DNA of 64,000 nt, from positions 5,516,061 to 5,580,060 of the forward strand of contig JAGDYQ010000001.1 of the NCBI GenBank assembly GCA_021962125.1. The letters are read 5' to 3'. Source of the DNA: Bulinus truncatus. Lineage: Eukaryota. Below, one piece after another: positions 11,842 to 21,388 of the stretch; the stretch's first letter is position 1; every line of letters starts with the position of its first letter. The notes beneath the pieces were generated by a model, which was not told the origin of the DNA, did not search any database, and saw only the letters and a program-made list of their open reading frames with translations. The position numbers were made by a program, and so were the translations under genes.

Positions 11842-12583
11842 CTAGGGAGCGACCGATAATCGGATTGGAATCGGACCGATATTGGCACTATCGGTTAATA
11901 TCGGATCGGCCGATTTTTGTAGGGAGCGACCGATAATCGGACCGATATTGGCACTATGGATTAACTATCGGACCGGCCGTTTTTTGGCTGCCGATACATT
12001 GTTTTTTTTTTTCCACAAATCTAGTAAATCTAAACTGGTTTTGGTTTACAGAGTTAAAGTTTACTTACAGACTTCCAATTAACTGTTCACCTGAGTGAAG
12101 TGATTTACAGATATAATAAAGTTTTTTTAATTTTTCAAACTTTTTAAAAAATCTGCTACAAGTAAATTCAGTAAAAATTACATAGATTAACGAAGAAAAT
12201 TATTTTAATTTCATCACAACTTTCACAAGCTAGTGAAGTTACAATTAACAATTAATACATTTTTACTTTTTTAGTTTGCCATTAATTTTTTAAACTTTAT
12301 CTTACTTTTTGTGTACAAGTAAAAAGTAAAAACAACAAATTGTTTGCTATAAGTTTAATTTTAAACAATAAACATGCAGATTTCTGAGATTATGCAGGCA
12401 TGGTTTAGTTTCTGACTTCGGTCTTCCGGTCTGTCTTTTCAAATCTTTTGTTCTTCTAATCTTCTTCATCTGCAAGACACCCTTTCATTAATAGCAGAAT
12501 ATCGGTATCGGTTTCGGCAAAAATGCTGGGGAAAAATATCGGTATCGGACTATCGGTAAAAAGGCATATCGGTCGCTCCCTAG
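11842..12583. mobile_element. MITE-like element (742 bp) with TIR CTAGGGAGCGACCGATAATCGG (the left TIR is duplicated in tandem at 11842 and 11921). It is rich in ATCGGT/ACCGAT motifs and flanked by a 3-bp TSD TAA (11839-11841 and 12584-12586).
   Basis: A perfect 16-bp TIR is seen directly. A TAA/TTA 3-bp TSD is the PIF/Harbinger hallmark. There is no coding capacity. Confidence 0.6.
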
Positions 12584-12839
12584 TAAACACGATGAAATCG
12601 CCATATTTGTGTTAGCTGTGAAGCTAAATGTTGAGTAGACTTGATCTGTTGAGTAGACCCGTTGTAGCAGTGGGCTACCGCAGCCACGATATAACTTTGC
12701 AGAAACAGGTAAGATATTTCGTTTCTCTTTCATATTTATGAATAACTTAATTCAAATACTACCTATTACCATAAGCAAATGTCAAGTAATTGTCTTTTTT
12801 TATGGCAATAAAAATAAATATTTAAAAACAGACCGTTCA

Positions 12840-13520
12840 TGTCAAGATGACGGGGGCAAGATGACGAGCTCGTCATTTTGCGTGTTTTGGAATTTATTAA
12901 ACCAACTAACTATATGTATATATATAGAAGAAATCCTCAAGATGCGAATGGAACAAAGAATCTATGGCCTCTGCTCTCTAAAAATGTTAAAGAAGGACAA
13001 ATGAATAATTTGTTGCATTAGCGCAACTGGCTTTTGCCTGCCACCTTTTCTGATTTTGGCCAGAAAACGAATGCTTACTGAACGTGTAGAAAGAGCCCCA
13101 CAAGGAACTGTAGGCCACTGCAGTGATAACGGCTGGAGCAATGAGGGCTCCTTTTTATCTTTTTTTGAATCACTTTTATCTTCAAGTGAAACTAAGCAGT
13201 CTCCAGCCACTTGTTGTGTCATTTTTCGGCCCATTAAAGAACTTCTATGGCCAAGCATGTGACAACTTTATTATCACTCATCCAGGACAACCTATCACAG
13301 ACAAAAGTATTGGCGAGCTATATAGCACCGCATACTTCAAAGCAGCTACAGTTGGAAATGCCGTTAATGGGTTTAGGGAATGTGGGATAGAGCCTCATAA
13401 TCCCATTGTGTTTAGTAAACATGAATTTTCTGCTGCAAAAACTACCGACCGTGATATTGTTGTTGATGAGACTGAGAATAATAATGCTAATCCTCAGACC
13501 CTGGTATTAGAAAACTAAAT
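12840..13520 (+). pseudogene. Remnant of a pogo/Tigger (DDE_1) transposase C-terminal half. It is split over at least two frames (13056-13262 and 13123-13518), and the third catalytic residue is lost (LQPLVVSFFGPLKNFY where LQPLD is expected).
   Basis: Motifs SDNGWSNEGSFLSFFE (pogo ...SGWM..E.F..W..), LSSLQPLVVSFFGPLKNFYGQ (T.HLQPLD.SVFGPLK.YY) and AYFKAATVGNAVNGFRECGIEPHNPIVFSKHEF (the C-terminal AW..V....I.NCF.K.GI.P.N motif). Frameshifts between the pieces show it is inactive. Confidence 0.6.
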
Positions 13521-13859
13521 TATAAACCCTCCAGAAGAACCAAAACTTAGTGCAAATGATGATTCCCATGCACCAAAAGAGCCTGTTAGTGTTTTTGATT
13601 TCAAACCATTGCCTAAAACAAAACTATGTGAGAGAAAACGAAAATGCAAAAAACTTAGCTCGAGCTAACAAAGAAATGTTACATTCAAGGGAAAATCAAA
13701 AGGAAAAACAGAAACATTTAAAAAAAAAACAGAGAAAATAAGCTCGTGAAGCTAAAAAGGTAGTAAAAAAAACTTGAACTAGAAGTAAGTTCATGCAGGC
13801 CTAAGTCTACAATAGCCAGGTCAAACAGCCCAGTTGCATCAACTTCAAAGGGTGTAGTT

Positions 13860-13985
13860 GTAAGCAGGGGTGGGGTGTCGGCCAAAATATTTGCCGACAC
13901 CGACTCCGGTGTCGGCATTCCATCAACCGCCAACACCGACACCGTTGTCGGTTTTCTAAAATCCACCGACACCGGAGGGGGGGGG
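13860..13985. repeat. Short palindromic repeat of the CCGACACCG family: GGTGTCGG ... GCCGACACCGACTCCGGTGTCGGC ... CCGACACCGGAG followed by a G12 run.
   Basis: Seen directly. It is related to 17405-17560 and, inverted, to 62110-62240. The centre is a perfect 10-bp stem (GCCGACACCG/CGGTGTCGGC) with a 4-nt loop. Confidence 0.45.
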
Positions 13986-14569
13986 GCAAAGGGAGATAAT
14001 TGTGTATTTTTCCCCCTGTATACATCTCATACTATATACATATAAAGATGCACGTCTAATTGTATATTTAATCTTCTTGGCTCTACAACCCAGTTGTACA
14101 TGTAACATTGAAAGGTCACGAAAAATACTAGATATGGACATCAAGAGTAGCTGCAGTGAATACATTGAAGTAACAAAGTGAATGGTTTACTTCAAGATAT
14201 GCCACATTATGCGGGATGTTATTTTTATAGTAAACCTGAAGCGGCCAATTCGCTACTTTTAATAAGTTCTCATTTAATGTGTAGGCTAGGGTGATAACAA
14301 AAAAAAAGTTTTTTATGAAACCACTTGCAATCGAGGAACTTTTATGTGTAATTTAAGAATATGAATTGCATTTTTAATTTTTTTGAAAAAAGTTCCCCCA
14401 CCTCCACATTTTTTGGAAGAAAAAAGTGAAAAAAAATTTTTTTTTTCAAAAAAGGACATGTTTTTTTTTTTAGCTTAATTCAAAAGAGTATTAATAATAA
14501 CTAATCAACTTTTATTAACAAATAAGATATAGAACAGTTAGTAATATGTACAGAATGTACAAGAAATGT

Positions 14570-16400
14570 TCAAAACATATTTTGTCCTATGAACTTCAGA
14601 TTAAAAAATTCAATTTTTCTCGATTTCGCATGAAGTTCCGCCATCAGTTTCACAGCACGTTCAGCAATTTGGTTAGATCTGCGAATGTCAATTAATGACT
14701 TCTCGACTGACCAATGGGTCTTTAAACACTTAATTGCCTTCTTGCATTTTATCTTGATGAGTGAGGTAAACAGTTCATTGAAGGACGCTTCATTGTAGTG
14801 TTGCGAATCGAACCAAGCATTTGCCCATTCGTAGCAGATGAAGTTGCAGGCAGAAGCGAGAATGCTGAGCCACTCTGGTATCAGAAATAATGCTATAACA
14901 GTAAATATTGCACGTGAGTTCCATCTTGCCTGGTGTAAATTTGGTAATTTATTCCAGCTGATGCGAGGCCAACGGGGGTTCTCGCGTGCTAACATCTTCT
15001 GTCGCAAGAAGCGGTAATCAGCTTGAAGAGTGACATAGTTTTGTGTTAATTTGCCAATGAAGGAACAGTTGAGTTCTGGTTTGCTCGTTGGCTCTTGAAT
15101 AAGAAAATTCATGACATGTTTCAGAAGAAGGTCGAGTACATGGTGCTGACAGTCAATATATTGTGGCTTCTGAAAGCCATTGCTCAAGACATCATCTTGT
15201 ATGAGCTTTACAATCCCGTGCAAATGGTCAGTATTTCTGCGGTCGTGTCGCATATGTTCACGCAAATATTTTCTCAAGCATCATATTCATCAATTAGCTG
15301 ATGTAGTTCATTGTGAATGGCCGCGGCAGAACCACTCTCACATTTGAGAATACCGAGTTTGATTTCGGTTTTCATATTTTTCAGCAATCCTACTTGATAC
15401 TCTTCCACTTGCACTCTTTTACCATCAAACTGAAGACAATAGGGATCTTTGCTTTGAAGTTTTTGAACAATTTTGGTTTTCATTTTCCGTCCTTCAGAGA
15501 TTACTCGTTTCCAGACACCCGCCTGATTTGGAACCGCCACATCATGACCCTGTTCAGCAATGTTTGCAAGAACGTCATGTGCTTTATGTGTAGAAATGTT
15601 TTTCAGTACTAGTAAACCCGCCGTTCTAGTGCTTGCTCTTCGGTATTTCGGTTTGCATTCAGAAGATGACGTTTAAGAAATAGTTGGTGACTTGGGTGAA
15701 GAAGCAGATGTTTCAGAATCCAAGATTTTGAGACAGTTGTATGTTTTTGTGTAGGTTTTGAGACAGTTGTATGTGTTTGTGTAGTTTTTGAGACAGTTGT
15801 GTGTGTTTGTGTAGGTTTTGAGACAGTTGTGTTTGTTTGTGTAGGTTGTGAGACAGTTGTATGTGTTTTTGTAGGTTGTGATTGAGAAGAGCTGGATTGA
15901 GATTGAGTCTTTGATAGTCGGATTCGTTTTCTTGGGTGGAATGATTCCAAAGGGGCTTGTTTGACCATTGAATAACCAATCTTTCCTCCACTGTTAACTT
16001 GCCTCTGGTAGAGCTCTTTATCCTCTGTGCTTTTCCATTATCCATTAACGTTGGTGACATCAAATAACTGAGAAAGTGTTATCAGATGGTTTCTTTTTGT
16101 TTTTGTCATATAAATCAATTAGACCATTGAGTTTCGTTCTGATTAGTGTGCTGGATAATAGTGGAAAGTCTGGAATTTCCCTCCAGAGCATTTCTATATC
16201 AGTAATCATATTTTTGATTCGATCCAGTCGCCGTTTGTGGCTATTGAACAGAAAAGTGAAGTTTCCAAGAATTTGACGGTTTGTCGGCATCCATGTGAGA
16301 TTGATTAGCTCTTCAACAGATAGAATTCTTGGATACCTCTTCTGTTTAGAAGATGAGGGTAGATGTCTTGTTTATAAACAAATGGAAACAACTGACTGGA
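14570..16400 (-). pseudogene. Degraded transposase gene inside the hAT element. ORFs sit in three frames at 16400-16060, 16063-15609, 15540-15274 and 15277-14570. The C-terminus is hATC-like (HWSVEKSLIDIRRSNQIAERAVKLMAELHAKSRKIEF).
   Basis: ORFs run consecutively on one strand and are separated only by frameshifts. The C-terminal S..AER motif resembles hAT dimerisation SSAASERVFS, though weakly. A 31-bp tandem expansion sits inside the reading frame. I could not find a convincing catalytic DxWTS motif, so the assignment rests mainly on the element's termini and TSD. Confidence 0.45.
15718..15900. repeat. 31-bp tandem repeat (TTTTGAGACAGTTGTATGTTTTTGTGTAGGT), about 5.5 copies, inside the degraded transposase ORF. 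It encodes TQTHTTVSKP-type peptide repeats.
   Basis: Seen directly. Confidence 0.85.
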
Positions 16401-17404
16401 ATGTGCTTAAAAGCAGTCTAGTAAGTCATGTAAAAATTCAGTGTGAAATTGAAACCGAGCGTCAAACTGCGCGATATGAGAAATCAAAAAGGAAAAGGTG
16501 GGGGAACTTTTTTCGATTAAAAAAAAAATAATGTTGCTACTGTCATCTACATATAATTGTTCCTCGAATGTAAGGGGTTTCAGTTTCGTTACGAAAAAAA
16601 ATGAAAATAGTTATCACCCTAGTGTAGGCTTATGCACAAATATTGGTCAAGATTATTATTAACGATTGCCTACGTCAGCAAGTAACTGCAAAGTACAGAC
16701 ATATCCAACAACACTAGAGCAATGATGCTTGGAAGTTTATAAGTGGCTACTCAGAGAATGCAGAATGCTGAAATAAAATCACGGCAAGGGCTACAGACAA
16801 TGATAAAAGATGGTTGTTCCAGAACTATTTTTTAGAAAAGAGAGAGACGTATGAAGACAATACATACTTAACAGTTAATAGAGGAAGGAATCGTTATTTT
16901 ACACCCGAATTAAACCTGAAATATGTATTGAGAAAGTTTGTATTGTAATAGGTGGTGGGGGGCTCCAGCTACGGACTGAACTTTAATGTAGTGTCATTGT
17001 GACATAGATTGGTAATGTTTCATTCTGGCTGAGATAAATTAAGCTGTGGAGAGTGTGATCATTCTTTGAAGTTCTAAAAGACTTGAATAGGTTTGTGTGT
17101 AATCTTTCTCCAACATGGATATTGATAGAGATGCAAACTAAAAATTTCGCATGATTTACAATGATTGAGTGAATAACAGAGTGAACATATCCAGTAGCCT
17201 TCCTATCTGCTTTCAGTCATAATTCTGTTATTGTTGACAAGTTGTTGTAATGTAGAGAATCTCGCTTTGAAAAATAATACAATCGTTGATAAACAGATTT
17301 ACCAAGTTTTTATTTAAAAAGAAAAGAATAATTTAAGAAAGCTTTAAATTAAAGATTGGCTAAGAACTATCTGACGTTGTTCTGGATTATTTAATAAAAG
17401 TTCT

Positions 17405-17570
17405 AGTATTTTTATTTGGGGGGGGGGGGGAGTTTTCGCGCCGACACCGAACCGACTCCGGACAAAGTACAAATGCCGACACCGACTCCGGACAAAATAC
17501 AAATACCGACACCGACACCGGACAAAATACAAATACCGACACCGACACCGGCAAAAACTACGGACACCGG
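17405..17570. repeat. G13 run followed by about 30-bp repeats containing CCGACACCGAC(T/A)CCGGACAAAATACAAAT, 4 copies. It has an inverted counterpart at 62110-62240 and belongs to the same family as 13860-13985.
   Basis: Seen directly. The overlapping ORFs 17344-17687 are translations of this repeat. Confidence 0.7.
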
Positions 17571-17574
17571 CTCC

Positions 17575-17700
17575 CCAGCCCTGGTTGTAAGCTGTCCTGC
17601 TTGTGAAGAGGAATATTGTGACCCTCCAACAGAAGAATGGATCCAGTGCTGTAAATGCCCAGAGTGGTGACATGAGGACTGTTCCAATTATGAAAATGGC
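17575..17700 (+). other. Short Cys/His-rich coding-like fragment: SCPACEEEYCDPPTEEWIQCCKCPEW(TGA)HEDCSNYENGIFICDNY. It sits in the left-arm-specific 530-bp block (17575-18110).
   Basis: The C-x2-C ... W-I-Q-C-x-K-C ... H-x2-C ... C spacing is reminiscent of zf-CW or PHD-like fingers. It is interrupted by an in-frame TGA and has no upstream non-repeat ORF, so it is most likely a relic. Confidence 0.25.
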
Positions 17701-18109
17701 ATTTTTATTTGTGACAATTATTAGCTGCTCAACTTAATTCTTTAACATTATGTTACAATGCATTACGCTTAGTTTTATACTTTGTAAGATGTAAAAATAC
17801 ATTTATCATTTGTTAAATCATGTAAAATATTAAAAATAAAATGTGTTCAACTTTATCTTAATGTTGTCATCTTGCCTCAAGACCAAAGTCATCTTAACCC
17901 GGGTACTGGGCAAGATGAAAATTAGGTATGGTTTGGGAAAACTAAAATTATACTGTATTAATTTTATTTGAAAAATTAAATTGCAATATAATTAATACCA
18001 CAAATGGTTAATCTAAAAGTTCATGTAAAATTAATTTTACTATCCTTAAAAATAAAATCAATAAACACCATAAATTGTTAACATAGCCATCTTGCCCCGG
18101 TCTCCCATA

Positions 18110-18302
18110 CTGTCTGGCCCTTCCTGCTAACACATATGTCTATGTATGTACTCTCTGGCCATAAACAGCTCCCTGCTAACAAACATGTCTATATATGTAC
18201 TCTCTGGCCATAAACAGCTCCCTGCTAACAAATATGTCTATATATGTACTCTCTGGCCATAAACAGCTCCCTGCTAACAAATATGTCTATATATGTACTG
18301 TC
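18110..18302. repeat. 49-bp tandem repeat (CTGGCCATAAACAGCTCCCTGCTAACAAATATGTCTATATATGTACTCT), split by the 3.1-kb insertion, continuing at 21389-21600 and mirrored at 61640-62060.
   Basis: Seen directly. Confidence 0.85.
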
Positions 18303-21300
18303 CAATGTTCCCTCTAAGGATATGGGGTTTGTGCGCCAAAAAAAAATATTTGTGAGCCAAAATTTTATTGATGTGTAAATTGTGCGCCAATTGCACGACG
18401 CGCACTATAAATACAATTACTGTAATTTAAAAAGAAATAAATAATAAGATAATAGAGTCAACCACATGACTCCATATATTTAAATGTAGGAATTTTTTTA
18501 TAAAGCTTTTGTAAATAAATTCTTTTCGAATTAAAAAAAAAATAGGGTTGCAGTAAATATGGTTAAGTAGAAGAAATAACATTTAAAAATGACGAATATG
18601 CAAACCAAAAAAAAAATAGAAATAAATTGATAATTTTTTTAGATATAAATATAAATGGAAGTTTACTTGGGATAGACCAACACTAAACTAAATTCTAATA
18701 CAACAAAATAAAAAAGAAAACCCAAGAATTGGAGTCAATTAATTTTATTTGGTAATAATTAACTTTTCCCTTCTTCCTTTTTCTGCTTTCCAAAAGTCAT
18801 ATACAGGCCCGTAGCCAGAAATATTGGACTGGGGGGCCGAAGACATTTTCGGGGAGGCGAAGACATTTTTTTCGGGGGGGGGGGTGCCGAAGAAATGATC
18901 ATGGGGCACAGGGGCGGATCTAGACAACTTTGACGGGGGGGACATTGACCCCGGGGGGGGGCAAAACTGTTTTCATTGTTGAAAATTGGTCTTAGAACAA
19001 AACATATTTCGATAATTTAATGATGTATTACCTAAAATTCCAATAACGGGGGGGGGGGCATGCCGCCCCGGCCCCTCCCCCTAAATCCGCCACTGGTGAG
19101 GGGGGGGCGAAAATGGAGGCGCGAAGCGCCGAAAGCTTGCAAACGGAGAGCATGTGTTTGGGGAAGGGATCTCAGTGAGTCCCCTCCCCAAGAAATTTTT
19201 TGCAGTTCCATATCTGGAATGGTGCATTTTAGTACCGATTGTTTAGCTATCAATTAGAAATATATAATTTTTAACTACGTTTCAATAATGCATGACATGT
19301 TGCAGTTTTGTTAAAAATAATTTAAATGGTAAAGAGTTTTAATGATAAAAATTTTTTGAGGCTGAGCAATTTCTGATTCCTGTTATAAATATATTGACCA
19401 TTTGTTCTGCTACACAATTTTTACATAATAGATATCTGATTTATATTATTATACTGTTTGTTTAATGTACAACCCGGGAAGAACGACAAAGATGCACGAA
19501 TATAGCTTAGCTATTTGTGTGATATTTCTTATAAAATATTGAAAACAAAGAACAAATCTATCAACAACAACAGTCGCAATTATTCAATTTAAATTAAAAT
19601 TAATTCTGCTAAAAAGTAAATTTGCAAATTAAATAACATCACTCAGAAATCACGGAGTTTGTACTTTATTATTTTATTATACATATGTATAAAAATGAAG
19701 TCAGAAGTCAATGTTATTTTATTCACTTATTTAAGTTGCTAGTTGTCCTCAGAAGATATCAATATATAGAATTATTACAAGGTTGTGAACAGGCCCATCG
19801 ACAGAAATTTCGGGCCCCCGTGCTGATATTAATATGTTAAAAAGTTGATTGGCCAGCTCAGTCCGGGTCCCTAAAACTCGCCGGGCCCCTGGGCATTGGC
19901 CCCACTCGTCGGCACTGGTTGCGAACTTATATTATAATACGTTTCAAATTTGCAAACGTCGTGGTTTAGCACTGAATTTACCTAAAAATGCTTCAGCATT
20001 CAGATTGTCTGTTAAATATTTTTTTCAAATGCAAGCAGGAAAAGATTGCTTAGACGCTTTTGTAACATTGATCTGCGATATGGGGTGAGCATTCGTGTGA
20101 GGGTTGAGAAACTGTTCTCACACACGGCTGTTGAAGCCCCAAAATGCCAATGCTGCCCAAAATACCCATAAGTGAACTTCAATAAGATTCAATCTTTTAT
20201 GCCCAAAATTTAGATAAGCTATATATGTAAGTAAAATAGCCTGAATGATTGCCAAAATATAAACTTTTAAGTTTTTATTATTATTGATTTATTTAACAAA
20301 ATGATTGATGTTTTATAGCCGTTATTATTAAAATTTTGTCAAAAAAGCTCAAATCATGCACGGGGGGGCCTCAGGTCATGAACGGGGGGGCTCAACCCCC
20401 CACCCCTAGCCCCCCCCCCCCTGTGACTACGGGCCTGGTCATAAACATGATCTGACATTTTCAGCTAATAAATAAACAACCAAACGTACTAGTTGCGAAC
20501 ACGACTATTTATTTACAGAATGTTCATAATAATATAACAAGTCCATACATGAATACACTTTTAAAGTCCACAATAATTCATTCAGCCTCAACTCTGACTA
20601 ACAAAAGATCACTTAACTATTCTCGTCACTATCGTACCTCTCCCGTTACTAAAACTCCTAACTAAAACTCTCGTTACTATATATCTCTCGTAACATTATC
20701 TCCTCACTAAGAACTCTTAACTAACTAATGTTCGAATCCAGTCGTATTTATACTCCTAACGTCCGTGCCCTAATTACCCTAAATACGTCACAGTCTCTTC
20801 AGTATTGTCCTAACTATCTAATCTTTCTAGGAGCGTCACCTGGTCGTCATTGTTAACCTTACTAGCCTGTCCGACATCGCCTCCCAGTATTCACACCTTT
20901 GCTGTCTACTGTTCTATTGTTTCACCAACCTTGTCCTAAGTCGTCTACCATTATTTGTATTAATCCTACGTCTTAGATGTCTTTTTATCTTAAAACCTCG
21001 AAGGGGATTGTCTCTGTCTCTACAATTACCCTAGCTCGTCACAATATCACCAAATGACTCGAATCCTGTTCGTCGCCCTTTCGCTTCGACGTTTTCTTTT
21101 TTACTCCAACTATATTATATTTAACGAAGTGTACTATTTACAGTCAGCTTCAAGCCAATTACTTAAATTACGAACGGGATGGGAAGTTGATATCACAACA
21201 AAGACTGTATGCTATTTCGATCCCGTTAAGTTCATTTATATAGCGCAAGTCACGGCGGAATTTTATAACAAAATTTTATGAATTTTTTTTACTCTAATCA

Positions 21301-21388
21301 CACGTTTTGTGCGCCAAGCTAAAAAGATGTGCGCTGAGGTCTGAAAAATCGTGCGCTAGCGCAGGCTGGCGCAGATTAGAGGGAACAG
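18303..21388. mobile_element. Non-autonomous DNA transposon of about 3.09 kb. TIR CAATGTTCCCTCTAAGG ... TTAGAGGGAACA. It is inserted into the 49-bp tandem repeat of the left arm only, with an approximately 8-bp TSD (GTACTGTC / GTACTACT, diverged). The interior has no ORF over 80 aa and contains G- and C-homopolymer-rich blocks plus a roughly 500-bp G-depleted block (20560-21100).
   Basis: TIRs are seen directly and are shared with the 193-bp MITE at 24215-24407. The right arm carries the uninterrupted 49-bp array, which argues for insertion after the duplication. Confidence 0.65.

Larger units (their letters stand above)
14287..16621 (-). mobile_element. hAT-superfamily element (2335 bp). TIR TAGGGTGATAAC / GTTATCACCCTA, 8-bp TSD GTGTAGGC at 14279-14286 and 16622-16629. 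It is inserted in the left IR arm only; the right arm has the empty site at about 63130.
   Basis: TIR and TSD are seen directly. The terminus TAGGG fits hAT (YARNG, as in Ac TAGGGATGAAA). The empty-site sequence (atttatgtgtaggcttatg) is present in the right arm. Confidence 0.7.

Noticed and set aside
12962-13258. 98-aa minus-strand ORF.
   Set aside because: It lies antisense to the pogo transposase remnant, whose plus-strand frames carry the conserved motifs. It is a spurious antisense ORF.
20722-20745. GTTCGAATCC, a tRNA T-loop-like motif.
   Set aside because: No flanking acceptor or T-stem complementarity and no D-loop or anticodon arm, so it is a chance match.
20560-20760. Apparent bisulfite-like pattern (G only in CpG on the plus strand).
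   Set aside because: Reading further (20760-21100) shows G in TG and AG contexts as well. It is simply a G-poor strand, not a CpG-restricted conversion signature.
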